Assembly (NCBI GenBank): GCA_903908245.1
Contig: CAIVRE010000011.1
Span: forward strand, 2,411 to 66,410
Length of the DNA: 64,000 nt
From: Candidatus Omnitrophota bacterium
GTDB taxonomy: Bacteria; Omnitrophota; Gorgyraeia; Zapsychrales; Fredricksoniimonadaceae
Direction of reading: 5' to 3'
Of the stretch, positions 19,505 to 29,092 are shown piece by piece. The notes under the pieces were generated by a model, which worked only from the letters and a program-made list of their open reading frames with translations, was not told the origin of the DNA and ran no database searches. Made by a program: the position numbers and the translations under genes. Position 1 is the stretch's first letter, and the number at the start of each line of letters is the position of its first letter.

Positions 19505-21608
19505 AGCCGCTTCCTTTTTTCAGCGTTGTGCCGCGATCAAGAAGATCCCTATCTTTGCTTCGGTTGACATGTTCCGGCTTCAGAGCATCGCGGGCAGCGG
19601 GGATGTGGTCCGTTATAAAAAAGGGGACATGGTCTCGCAGAAGTCGAACGCGCCGGACTTCGTTTTTTTCGTCGTTTCCGGAAGGCTGATCTCCTACACG
19701 CTTGATTCTGACGGGAAGAAAGACGATGTGGAGTTCATTCACCGGGGGATGTTCTTCGGGATCATTTCCGCCCTGACCGGGGAAGTGCACTCGCAGAGCT
19801 TTGAGGCGATCAATGATTCCCTTGTTTTTCAGATCCCGGTGGCCAAATTCCGCAAACTGCTTAAGAAGTCCCCTGACCTGAGCCTGAAATTCAGCAAGGC
19901 TTTGTCCCAGCGCATCCGAAACAAAGTGACCAGGACGGATACCGTTTCCAGGAGCAAGATCATTTCTGTCTTCAGCCCTATTGCTGGTTCCGGGAGTTCA
20001 ACATATGCGCTTAGCCTGGCGCTCAGTTTCTACCAGGAGACGGGGGATCGGGTGATCTACGTCGCGATCACCTCGCGTGATCCGGCCGGCTCTCCTATCA
20101 CACCGGACATGGACGATATCCGGCCCAAATGGAAGAAAGAGCCCGAGGACCTTGTGGCGGTATCCGAAGACCTGGAGAACATATCCCGGCGCGTTGTCCG
20201 CAGCAATGTCGGGGTTGATATCATCAATGTTTCCTTTGATCCCGCGAGCCATCAGGGGCTGGTGCAGAACATCAGTGATTTTGTGGCCAATTTTCTTGAT
20301 GATTACCGTTATATCGTCGTCGATCTTCCCAGTGAGCTTGATGAAGTGGTGATGAAGACATTTTCGCAGTCCGATATTATCCATTTGGTGATGATGCGCA
20401 AGCGCGAAGCGCTGGAGTCCGCCCGGGAGACCCTGGACAAGATAGAGACGTATCTGAAGGATTCTTTCACGGAAGAGCGGGTCCGGGTCGTTATCGGCGG
20501 CGCGCATTCGCACCGTAATCTGACAGACGAGGAAGTGACGGGCCTTCTTGACTATAATGTACTGGCGTTCCTTCCGCATATCCAGCGCAAAGACCTGGCG
20601 ATGGAGATCGAGACGCCGGCCTTCCATTTCTGGGCCATTAATACTTCCAGCCAGTACTGGGGGATGATCACCAGGATATCCCGTCAGATGTCCGGTGTCT
20701 CGGTGGGGCTTGTGCTCGGGGGTGGCGCGGCATTCGGGCTGGCACACATCGGGGTGATCCGTGTCCTGGAAGAAGAAAATATTCCGATCGATGTGGTTGT
20801 CGGCAGTTCCATGGGAGCCCTGATCGGCGGATTATGGGCCGCAGGGTATACGGCGGACGAGCTTGAGGTCATGGCGTATGAATTCCGTGTGCGTTCGAAC
20901 CTTTTTAAACTGATCGATGTTGTCTTTCCTTTGTCGGGCCTTATCAGCGGCAAGGCGGTCACGTCCTGGCTGCGCAGTAAATTCCATCAAAAGACCTTCA
21001 AGGACCTGAAAATCCCTCTGAAAGTGGTGGCCTACGACCTGATCCATCGCCGGGACCTGATCATTGAGGAGGGGCCCCTGGTCGATGCGGTGCGTAAAAG
21101 CATTTCTATCCCCGGCGTTTTTCAGCCTATTGTCAATGACGACCAGCTTATTATCGACGGAGGGGTCATGAACCCGCTTCCGATCAATGTCCTGACGTCG
21201 ACGGATGTCAAGAAGATCATCGCGGTCAACGTGCTGCAATCTCCCGACGATGTTATCCGCGGTTATGAAAAGACCCGCGCCGAACTTAACAAGGCCCTTG
21301 CCGATCCTTTCCTGAAAGACCCCTGGATTTTCCTGGATATCCGTTTCCGGTTTTGGCTTAACAAGGTGTTTTTCCCGAATATTTCTGATATTATCGTCCG
21401 TACGCTTGAAGCGTCCGAATGCGTGATCGCGGAACAAAGCGCGCGCGGTGCGGATATCGTGATCCATCCGGACCTTTCCGGCCTCAACTGGTATGAACTT
21501 TACCAGGCGGATATTCTTATCAAGCGCGGGGAAGAAGCCGCCAGGCTTCAGGTCCCGAAGATCAAGTTAATGATGTCGGCCAAAAAACAAGGACCAGCGA
21601 ATGTCTAA
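19497..21608 (+). CDS. cyclic-nucleotide-binding domain + patatin-like phospholipase (NTE-like)
   Basis: Start set at ATG 19497 overlapping SDR stop (ORF-track 19317 extension overlaps SDR). N-terminal cNMP-binding fold; patatin GxGxxG (GGGAAFGLAHIG), GxSxG (GSSMGA) and DGG motifs. Confidence 0.75.
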   Translation: MLKAASFFQRCAAIKKIPIFASVDMFRLQSIAGSGDVVRYKKGDMVSQKSNAPDFVFFVVSGRLISYTLDSDGKKDDVEFIHRGMFFGIISALTGEVHSQSFEAINDSLVFQIPVAKFRKLLKKSPDLSLKFSKALSQRIRNKVTRTDTVSRSKIISVFSPIAGSGSSTYALSLALSFYQETGDRVIYVAITSRDPAGSPITPDMDDIRPKWKKEPEDLVAVSEDLENISRRVVRSNVGVDIINVSFDPASHQGLVQNISDFVANFLDDYRYIVVDLPSELDEVVMKTFSQSDIIHLVMMRKREALESARETLDKIETYLKDSFTEERVRVVIGGAHSHRNLTDEEVTGLLDYNVLAFLPHIQRKDLAMEIETPAFHFWAINTSSQYWGMITRISRQMSGVSVGLVLGGGAAFGLAHIGVIRVLEEENIPIDVVVGSSMGALIGGLWAAGYTADELEVMAYEFRVRSNLFKLIDVVFPLSGLISGKAVTSWLRSKFHQKTFKDLKIPLKVVAYDLIHRRDLIIEEGPLVDAVRKSISIPGVFQPIVNDDQLIIDGGVMNPLPINVLTSTDVKKIIAVNVLQSPDDVIRGYEKTRAELNKALADPFLKDPWIFLDIRFRFWLNKVFFPNISDIIVRTLEASECVIAEQSARGADIVIHPDLSGLNWYELYQADILIKRGEEAARLQVPKIKLMMSAKKQGPANV

Positions 21609-21969
21609 ACAACCTGTTGTCAAGCGCCCCTGGGGGACATATCACAAGATCTTCCAGGAAGATGAGGTATGGGTCAAGCGTGTCGAGGTGATCTCCGGCC
21701 AGAGGATCTCGTTGCAGAAACACGGGCACCGCTCCGAGAAATGGGTTATCGTTTCCGGGCAGGGCCTGGTAACGGTCAATGAACTCACGGTCACTGTTTC
21801 CAAGGGGTCGATCATCGATATCCCTGTGGGTGTGATCCACCGGATCGCCAACCTGGGCAAGACACCTCTTGTTTTTATTGAAGTGGCCTGCGGGCGGGAG
21901 CTTACGGAAGACGATATCACCCGGTATGAAGACGACTATAAACGGGCGGGAAAACATGCAAAAAAGTGA
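21601..21969 (+). CDS. cupin-domain protein (mannose-6-phosphate isomerase type II C-terminal-domain-like)
   Basis: 122 aa cupin_2 with WGxY...HxH...E pattern; 8-nt overlap with upstream gene. Confidence 0.65.
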   Translation: MSKQPVVKRPWGTYHKIFQEDEVWVKRVEVISGQRISLQKHGHRSEKWVIVSGQGLVTVNELTVTVSKGSIIDIPVGVIHRIANLGKTPLVFIEVACGRELTEDDITRYEDDYKRAGKHAKK

Positions 21970-22759
21970 TCGTTTGCAGTGGTATAAAAATAAGACAGTC
22001 CTTGTGACTGGCGGCACGTCCGGCATCGGGCTGGAGATGGTCCGTCAACTTGCCGGGCTTGGCACCAAAGTTGTTTTTTGCGGAAGGGACCCCCAGGCGA
22101 TAGAGTCTGTGTCCCGCGCGACCGGTGCGGATGGTCTGTGCGTTGACCTTTCCAGGCACGAGGAGCTTCCGCGTTTCCTTACGGCTTTGCGTGCCAAATA
22201 TCGTATTGATATCCTCGTTAACAATGCCGGCCTGGGGGATATTACTGATTTTTGTCAGGCGGATACGCAAACCCTGCTTTCCATGCAGTCGGTGAATATG
22301 GACGCCGTGGTCGTCCTATGTCGTGAATTGTTGCCGGAGATCTCCCGGCAGCCTGGCGGCGGTATTTTGAATGTCGGGTCAGTGGCGTCTTTCTTCCCGA
22401 CCCCGGGGTCGGCTGTTTATGGCGCGACCAAGCATTTCATCGCCGGGTTCACGGACGCCCTTCATGGGGAATTGGCCGGTAAAGGCGTTCATGTTACCGG
22501 GATCTACCCGGGCAAGACCAGTTCGCGTTTTCTGGTGCGTGCGACACGGGGAAAGAATGCCGATTGGGACAAGGCCATGGCCGCCGATGTGGTGGCCCGG
22601 GCGGCGTTGTCGGGTTTGGCGTGCAACAGGATCCGGGTCATTCCCGGGTTGTCCAATAAAGTCATTGTCCTGATCGCGAAGTTCTTGCCGACGCAGATCC
22701 TGCTTCGTGTTACAGGCGTCCGCACAAAATCGCCATCAGGCCAGGGTGGTGCGTCGTGA
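21956..22759 (+). CDS. short-chain dehydrogenase/reductase (SDR)
   Basis: Start at MQKSDRL..., TGGTSGIG motif; ORF-track 21869 extension overlaps cupin gene. Confidence 0.75.
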   Translation: MQKSDRLQWYKNKTVLVTGGTSGIGLEMVRQLAGLGTKVVFCGRDPQAIESVSRATGADGLCVDLSRHEELPRFLTALRAKYRIDILVNNAGLGDITDFCQADTQTLLSMQSVNMDAVVVLCRELLPEISRQPGGGILNVGSVASFFPTPGSAVYGATKHFIAGFTDALHGELAGKGVHVTGIYPGKTSSRFLVRATRGKNADWDKAMAADVVARAALSGLACNRIRVIPGLSNKVIVLIAKFLPTQILLRVTGVRTKSPSGQGGAS

Positions 22760-23865
22760 TGGACAAAGTTTTCCGGTGGATCACCTCGTTCGGCCGGCCG
22801 TCGTATGTTGTGTTCTTTGTTACCGCCCGCTGCAATGCGCGTTGCAAGATGTGTTTTTACTCGCAGAACATGGACGCGAATACCGCCAAAGACGAGCTGA
22901 CGGTCGACGAGTATTCACGGATCGCGCGCGGGCTTGGCCGTTTCAATGTCCTGGGCATCTCCGGCGGAGAGCCTTTTCTGCGGGACGACCTGCATAAAGT
23001 CGTGGCCGCGATCTATGACCACTCTTCACCTCTGGTCCTGGACCTTCCGACAAACGGGTATTTTACGGAAAGTGTTTTGAGGCAGGTTGAACTGATCGCG
23101 AAGTACTGCACCAGAATGACCGTGGATGTGCAGCTTTCCATTGACGGCCCAGAAGCGGTTCATGACGGTATTCGTCAGGTCCAGGGCGGGTTCCGCCGGA
23201 TGTTCGAAACATATCACGGCCTCCTGGAATTGCGAAAGAGGTTTTCCAATTTACGTTTGAAAGCCTGTGTGGTCTATTCCGCCTATAATCAGGACAGCAT
23301 GCCGGAGCTGTTCGACCTGATCGAACGGGACATGTCTGGGATCGACCGCCTTGTCTTTTCCGTCGCGCATGGCACACCGGCCAACCAGAAGGCGTTTGAT
23401 TTTGACTGGGACAAGTATTTCGCTTTTTGCGACCGGCTGCGCGGTTCCCCTTTAATGCAGGGAGGACGGGACCTTCATTCGGTTTTGACCCAGGCGCTCA
23501 GGGTCGTCAAGAACGCTTTTTTGAAGGATATTTTACGGACGAAGGATATGTATCGTTATTGCGGGGCCGGTACAAGTGTGGTGGCGGTGAGCGAAACGGG
23601 CGATGTTTTCCCCTGTGAGCCGTTATGGACCCCGGTTGCCAACTTGCGAAAGTATGGGTATGATCTTTGGGCGGTCCTGCGGTCGCAGGAGATGAAGGAT
23701 TTTCAAAAGGATATCCGCCGCAAGCGCTGTCATTGCCATTGGGGCCTTCCGATGACGAATGCCATCCTTTTCAGCCCGCGGTTTTATCCGCGGGTCGCCT
23801 GGGAAATGGGGCGTGTGGTGGTCCGCAACGCGTGCTGCGCGGGGAAGGGGAGCGGTGGGGTTTAA
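22759..23865 (+). CDS. radical SAM protein with C-terminal SPASM/twitch-like Cys cluster
   Basis: CNARCKMC (CxxxCxxC) near N-terminus, GGEPFL, C-terminal CGAG...C...C cluster; start ATG overlaps SDR stop (TGATG). Confidence 0.75.
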   Translation: MDKVFRWITSFGRPSYVVFFVTARCNARCKMCFYSQNMDANTAKDELTVDEYSRIARGLGRFNVLGISGGEPFLRDDLHKVVAAIYDHSSPLVLDLPTNGYFTESVLRQVELIAKYCTRMTVDVQLSIDGPEAVHDGIRQVQGGFRRMFETYHGLLELRKRFSNLRLKACVVYSAYNQDSMPELFDLIERDMSGIDRLVFSVAHGTPANQKAFDFDWDKYFAFCDRLRGSPLMQGGRDLHSVLTQALRVVKNAFLKDILRTKDMYRYCGAGTSVVAVSETGDVFPCEPLWTPVANLRKYGYDLWAVLRSQEMKDFQKDIRRKRCHCHWGLPMTNAILFSPRFYPRVAWEMGRVVVRNACCAGKGSGGV

Positions 23866-24730
23866 GCTGGACCTTCATGTCCATACGGAGTCTTTCGGGC
23901 GTGTTTATATGGACGAAAAGAGCCTGGCGGCCGCGCTTAAGGCGCGCGGGCTTGACGGGATCGCGGCAACGAATTTTTCCAATATTTCCCATGCCCTGTG
24001 GTTGAAAAAGCAGCTGCCTCAATATCTGATCATTGTTGGACAGGAGGTCTGGTCGTCCAAAGGGCATATCGGGGCGCTGGGGATCACGCGGAAGATCCCC
24101 AATTTTCGTTCGCCGCAGGAGACGATCGAGGAGATCCATCGGCAAGGCGGCCTGGCGGTGGCACATCATCCTTTTCTTGTGATGGGGCTCGGGCGCCTGG
24201 CATTTGATCTGCCGGTCGATCTTATCGAGGGTTATAACGGGATGATCGGGGCGCTTTGGATCCATAATTTTCTTGCGCAGCGCCGCGCGCGCGCGGCAGG
24301 GCGCGTGTGCGTGTCTTCTACGGACACGACCGCGGTTGAATTTATCGGGCAAAGCCGTGTTGAGGTGATGACGGACGACCGGATGGATGTCCTTGCGGCA
24401 TTGCGGGCCGGGCGCCTTCGGATGATCCGTCGGCCCATGCCGGTCCCGGTGGGATTTATCGCCAGGAATTTTCTTGGTTTCAGGAGGCTGGCGCCGTGCC
24501 GTTTACACGCTGCGCCGTGTTTTTTGTGCGGCAATTCAATGACGGTAAGGTTATTCAACCGGAAGGTTGTTTGTGAGGACTGCCGTTGTGAGGAAGTTTC
24601 GCGCGTAGCCTGCGCGCAGGGCCATCATTTCTGCATTCCTTGTGTTATGCGCCGTATCGGCAAGGCGGATGATGCGGTTGATATTTCCAGGATCACGGTT
24701 TATCCGCACGGATACCCGGCGGAAGAATGA
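23855..24730 (+). CDS. PHP-domain metal-dependent phosphoesterase with C-terminal tandem zinc-ribbon
   Basis: LDLHVHT PHP motif; probable GTG start at 23855 (ORF-track ATG 23759 overlaps upstream gene by >100 nt); C-terminal CxxC/CxC clusters. Confidence 0.6.
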   Translation: MGFKLDLHVHTESFGRVYMDEKSLAAALKARGLDGIAATNFSNISHALWLKKQLPQYLIIVGQEVWSSKGHIGALGITRKIPNFRSPQETIEEIHRQGGLAVAHHPFLVMGLGRLAFDLPVDLIEGYNGMIGALWIHNFLAQRRARAAGRVCVSSTDTTAVEFIGQSRVEVMTDDRMDVLAALRAGRLRMIRRPMPVPVGFIARNFLGFRRLAPCRLHAAPCFLCGNSMTVRLFNRKVVCEDCRCEEVSRVACAQGHHFCIPCVMRRIGKADDAVDISRITVYPHGYPAEE

Positions 24731-25770
24731 ACGGAGATAAAATGAAAACATTGCAGAAATTCTTAGGGACTGCGCTTTTATACGCAAAAGTAGGCTTGCC
24801 GCGGATGACACCACGGAAGGCCTGGCATATGGTGTCCTATTGGGTCAAGACAACCTGCCTGGGGCAGAAGATCCCCTGGCTTGTCGAGCTTTCCGTGACA
24901 TACCGATGTCAATGCCGTTGCAAGCACTGTTCGGTCTCAAATTATTTTGAACAGGCGGGGAAAAAGCCTGAGATGACCGGTGATGAGATCAAAAGCATCC
25001 TTCGCCAGTCGGCGTCAATGGGCATTCCGAAGGTTGATTTCTTCGGCGGGGAGCCTTTACTGCGTAAAGATATCATCGAACTTGTGCGTTACGCGGAAGA
25101 GTTGGGGATCTATACATCCGTGACGACCAATGCGTTGCTTCTGGACCGGCCGATGCTAGCGGCCCTTTCGGCGGCCGGGATCAGCTGTATCAATATCAGT
25201 ATCGACAGCACTTCCTCTGCCGAGCATGATCAGTTAAGGGGCGTTGAAGGTATATATACGAAAGCGGTCGATGCGTTCGGTTTTTGTAATGAGGCGCGTA
25301 TCCCGTGCATCTTTTCCACTTATGTCACCCGCAAGAGGATCAACGGGCTTCTTCCCGGCGAGAAGGATGGCAGTTCCTTTACGGAGCTGATCCTTCTGGC
25401 GCGCAAGGTCAAGGCGACCGCGGTGCGCGTTCTGTTCCCGATCATTTCCGGCGAGTGGGTGAAGCAGAAAGAGGTTGAGCTCAACGAGCAGGAAAAAAGT
25501 GCGGTCATTGAAGCGATTGATCCGTCTTTCGTTTTTGTTGAGGGGGCTTATTCGGTCGTTAAAGGCCGTAAAGTCTGCCAGGCGTTAAGCGGGAAGATGA
25601 TCAATATTTCTCCGTACGGGGATATCCAGATCTGCGTGGCTTTCCCGAATTCTTTCGGGAATGTTGTCCGGGAGGGGTTGCGGCCTGCCCTGGAAAAGAT
25701 GTGGGGGCATTCGATCTATCAGAAGAACAAGGATGGCAGTTGCTGTAGTACGGATGACCTTAAGGTGTAA
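24727..25770 (+). CDS. radical SAM protein (MoaA/PqqE-like core) with SPASM/twitch-like C-terminus
   Basis: CQCRCKHC motif after LSVTYRC, GGEPLL; 4-nt overlap with upstream gene. Confidence 0.75.
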   Translation: MNGDKMKTLQKFLGTALLYAKVGLPRMTPRKAWHMVSYWVKTTCLGQKIPWLVELSVTYRCQCRCKHCSVSNYFEQAGKKPEMTGDEIKSILRQSASMGIPKVDFFGGEPLLRKDIIELVRYAEELGIYTSVTTNALLLDRPMLAALSAAGISCINISIDSTSSAEHDQLRGVEGIYTKAVDAFGFCNEARIPCIFSTYVTRKRINGLLPGEKDGSSFTELILLARKVKATAVRVLFPIISGEWVKQKEVELNEQEKSAVIEAIDPSFVFVEGAYSVVKGRKVCQALSGKMINISPYGDIQICVAFPNSFGNVVREGLRPALEKMWGHSIYQKNKDGSCCSTDDLKV

Positions 25771-25773
25771 TTT

Positions 25774-27297
25774 ATGAGAGTGACTCTGATCCGTCCGCCG
25801 GTTTATGGTACCGGGTTCATGGGGGTCCAGCTGGTCCCGTTCCTTGGCGTCGTGTATGTGGCCGCGGCGGCGCGTGCCGCGGGGCATGAGGTTGATGTTA
25901 TTGACATGTGTGCGGAAGATATTGACCGTACGGAATGTGTCGACGGGCGTTTCGTTCAGTATGGCATGTCTTTTGACCGCCTGAGGGAACGTCTGAAGCC
26001 TTCGGATGTGATCGGTTTTACATGTATGTTCTCCCAGGAGTGGCCGTTCCATCGCAGGCTTATGGCCCATGTGGCGGGGCTTGCTCCGGAGAGCGTGATC
26101 TTTGCCGGCGGGGAACATGTGACCGCGCTGCCCGAGTTCTGCCTCCAGGACTGCCCGGAGCTTGACTATTGCATCGTCGGGGAAGGGGAACGCGCGGTGG
26201 TGGCGTTGTTAAATGCGCTGGCCCGCGGTGAAAGCCTGGACCAGGTGCCAAGCCTTGTATCCCGCCTCCCCGATAACGGCGGATATTCCCGTACGCCCCG
26301 TTCTCCCAGGATCTGCGATGTTGACAAGATCGCCCGTCCCGCCTGGGATCTGGTGCCGCTGGAAAACTATCTTTCCCGGGGGTTGAATTATCATTTGGCG
26401 CGGGGCCGTACGATCCCTGTGGTCGCGACGCGCGGATGCCCATATCAGTGCACGTTCTGTTCGAACGCCGGCATGTGGGGCCGGCAATGGGTCGAGCGCA
26501 GTGCCGCCGACCTGGCCGACGAGATCGAGGGTTATGTTGTTAAATACCACGCCGAGAATTTTGTATTCTCCGATTTGACGGCGGTGGTCTCGGCCGGGGA
26601 AATGACGGCGTTCTGCGGGGAATTGATCCGGCGGGACCTTAAGGTGACCTGGCAGCTTCCGACGCTTCGTACCGAGGCGCTTAATAAAGAGAACCTGGCA
26701 TTGATGTACAAGGCCGGTTGCCGGGAGCTGGATGTGGCTATCGAGTCCGGCTCTAAGCGGGTGCTGGAGAGCGTCCATAAAAAGAACGACCCCCTCAGGA
26801 TGGCGCGCGTTGTCCGGGAAGCGGTATCGGTCGGGATGAATGTCAGCAGTAATCTGGTCATCGGTCTACCGCAGGAAGGCTGGGGAGACCTGTGGCATAC
26901 TTACGGGCTCCTGATGAGCCTGGCTTTTCACGGGATGCACGAGGTTAATGTTTTTCCCTTCATCCCTTATCCGGGGTCCAGCCTGTTTTATGAATTGCTG
27001 GAACAGAAGAAAATTAAATTAGATGACGCTTTTTTTCTGTCTTTATTCAGCTATGCTGATTTAAGCCGGTCGGTGTCGTGGTCGCGGACCTTCCGCCCGG
27101 GGGTGCTGGGGTTCATGCGGATTTTTCTGATGGCGAGTTTTTATATGGTCATGCTGGTTTCTCATCCGTCGCGGCTGCTGCGGCTTGTTGTTAATGCCAG
27201 GAGCGGGCGGGCCACGACCAAGCTTGAAGGCGTGCTGAAAAGGATCTTTAAGAATATGAAAGCGTCATCCCGAACAAAGGCCGGTTATGCCAAATGA
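25774..27297 (+). CDS. B12-binding (class B) radical SAM protein
   Basis: N-terminal cobalamin-binding domain, CPYQCTFC radical SAM motif. Confidence 0.8.
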   Translation: MRVTLIRPPVYGTGFMGVQLVPFLGVVYVAAAARAAGHEVDVIDMCAEDIDRTECVDGRFVQYGMSFDRLRERLKPSDVIGFTCMFSQEWPFHRRLMAHVAGLAPESVIFAGGEHVTALPEFCLQDCPELDYCIVGEGERAVVALLNALARGESLDQVPSLVSRLPDNGGYSRTPRSPRICDVDKIARPAWDLVPLENYLSRGLNYHLARGRTIPVVATRGCPYQCTFCSNAGMWGRQWVERSAADLADEIEGYVVKYHAENFVFSDLTAVVSAGEMTAFCGELIRRDLKVTWQLPTLRTEALNKENLALMYKAGCRELDVAIESGSKRVLESVHKKNDPLRMARVVREAVSVGMNVSSNLVIGLPQEGWGDLWHTYGLLMSLAFHGMHEVNVFPFIPYPGSSLFYELLEQKKIKLDDAFFLSLFSYADLSRSVSWSRTFRPGVLGFMRIFLMASFYMVMLVSHPSRLLRLVVNARSGRATTKLEGVLKRIFKNMKASSRTKAGYAK

Positions 27298-28123
27298 TAT
27301 GGTGCCGTTGCAGGAGAAGGCCCGTTTTATCCGCCGGAACATCCTGGAAATGATCGTGGCCGCGAACAAGGGCCATATTGGCGGGGCATTTTCCTGTGTG
27401 GATATTTTGACCGCGCTTTATTACGCGCCTGTTCTGCGGTACGATCCCTGTTGTGCTTCGTGGCCGCAGCGGGACCGTTTCATCCTGAGTAAAGGGCATT
27501 CCTGTGAAGCGCTTTATGTGGTGCTGGCGGATCTTGGGTTTTTCCCGAAAGAGGAGTTGTCCCGTTATCAAAAGGGCGGGCTTCTCGCGGGGCATCCTGA
27601 CCGCCGTGTGCCCGGGATCGAGGCGGATACCGGCTCGCTCGGGCATGGGCTTGGGCTGGCCTGCGGTATTGCTTTGCGCGCAAAAATGGATGTTCAATCT
27701 TACCTGACGGTTGCTTTAATGGGTGACGGTGAGTGTTGCGAGGGGTCGGTATGGGAAGCGGCCATGTTCGCGGCCTATCGCAAGCTTGGCCGGTTAGTGG
27801 GGATCGTGGATGCCAACGGGGTCTGTTCCACGGACCTTTTGTCGGATTGCGCGGCGGTCGAGCCGCTTGTCGATAAATGGCGGGCTTTTGGCTGGGAGGT
27901 TGTTGAGGCCAACGGTCATGATATTGCACAGCTTGTGGCGCTGCTCGGGGGATTCCGCGACCGGGATGTGAATGCCAAGCCCGTCATGGTCATCGCCCGG
28001 ACGGTCAAGGGCAAGGGCGTTTCTTTTATGGAAGGCAGTCCTTCATGGCATCACGGGGTGCCCAAGGGTAAGCAGGTGGATGAAGCGCGTAAAGAACTTG
28101 GCGATACATTGTTGATCGTTTAA
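27287..28123 (+). CDS. transketolase, N-terminal (TPP-binding) subunit
   Basis: GHxGG, TPP-binding GDG...E region; split-transketolase organisation with next gene. Confidence 0.85.
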   Translation: MPNDMVPLQEKARFIRRNILEMIVAANKGHIGGAFSCVDILTALYYAPVLRYDPCCASWPQRDRFILSKGHSCEALYVVLADLGFFPKEELSRYQKGGLLAGHPDRRVPGIEADTGSLGHGLGLACGIALRAKMDVQSYLTVALMGDGECCEGSVWEAAMFAAYRKLGRLVGIVDANGVCSTDLLSDCAAVEPLVDKWRAFGWEVVEANGHDIAQLVALLGGFRDRDVNAKPVMVIARTVKGKGVSFMEGSPSWHHGVPKGKQVDEARKELGDTLLIV

Positions 28124-28136
28124 CCCAAAGACGGTA

Positions 28137-29075
28137 GTGATTATGGTGGATCTAAGAGACGCCTGTTTTGACGAGATCTACGCGCTGGCAAAGAACGACC
28201 CTGATGTTGTTTTTCTGACGGCGGATATGGGCGCATTCAGTTTGCAGCGCTTCAAGAAAGACCTTCCGTTACAGTATTTCAATGTCGGCATTAGCGAACA
28301 GGTCATGATCAGCGTGGCCGCGGGGCTGGCGCTTGAGGGGAAAAAAGTTTTTGTTTACAGTATCGCGCCGTTCGTGACACTGCGTTGTTACGAGCAGATC
28401 AAGGTCGATCTTTGCTGTATGAATTTGACGGTTGTTATCATCGGGATAGGGACCGGGCTTATGTATGGCGGCGACGGCCCGACACACCATTCGGTGGATG
28501 ATATTGCTGTTATGAGGGCATTGCCGAATATGCAGGTCATGGGGCCGTGCGATGTTGTGACCACCCAGGCGGCGGTACGGGCGGCTTACGCAAGTTCATC
28601 CCCGAGCTATATCCGGATCGAGCGTGGGCAACTGCCGGCCTTGTATGATCCTCAGGTCATTGATATGTCCGGCACGATGGCGCAACTGTGGACAGGCAGG
28701 GAAGTGGCTATTGTTTCTACGGGTTATATGACGCATCGGGCGATGTCGGCTGCGGCGATACTGGACGCCGATTCCATATCCACTCGGGTCATTGATGTGG
28801 TGCGTATTCATCCGTTGGATATTGAGAAGCTTTTGTTGCTGGTATCAGGGGTCAGGCTGGTGGTGACGCTGGAGGAGCACTCTTGCGTGGGCGGCCTTGG
28901 AGGGAGCCTGGCCGAGGCCTGGGTTGACCGGAGTATCGGGATCCCCCTGTTGCGGCTGGCGTTGCCTCATGAGAATTGTTTTACGGTGTCCGATCGTGAC
29001 GCCCTTCTGGCGCAGTATGGCCTTGATCCGCAGGCGATCGCCCGTTCGGTGCAGGAGCGGTTGTTTAAAATCTGA
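28137..29075 (+). CDS. transketolase, C-terminal (pyrimidine-binding) subunit
   Basis: Transketolase Pyr and C-terminal domains; follows N-terminal subunit. Confidence 0.85.
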   Translation: MIMVDLRDACFDEIYALAKNDPDVVFLTADMGAFSLQRFKKDLPLQYFNVGISEQVMISVAAGLALEGKKVFVYSIAPFVTLRCYEQIKVDLCCMNLTVVIIGIGTGLMYGGDGPTHHSVDDIAVMRALPNMQVMGPCDVVTTQAAVRAAYASSSPSYIRIERGQLPALYDPQVIDMSGTMAQLWTGREVAIVSTGYMTHRAMSAAAILDADSISTRVIDVVRIHPLDIEKLLLLVSGVRLVVTLEEHSCVGGLGGSLAEAWVDRSIGIPLLRLALPHENCFTVSDRDALLAQYGLDPQAIARSVQERLFKI

Positions 29076-29092
29076 TCGAATACAGGAGAATT

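Noticed and set aside
20832-21467. 211-aa minus-strand ORF
   Set aside because: Antisense shadow within the patatin domain region.
19497-21608. Patatin phospholipase as a CBASS effector
   Set aside because: No CD-NTase/cyclase, SAVED or E1/E2-like gene is adjacent. The architecture matches housekeeping NTE-like lipases.
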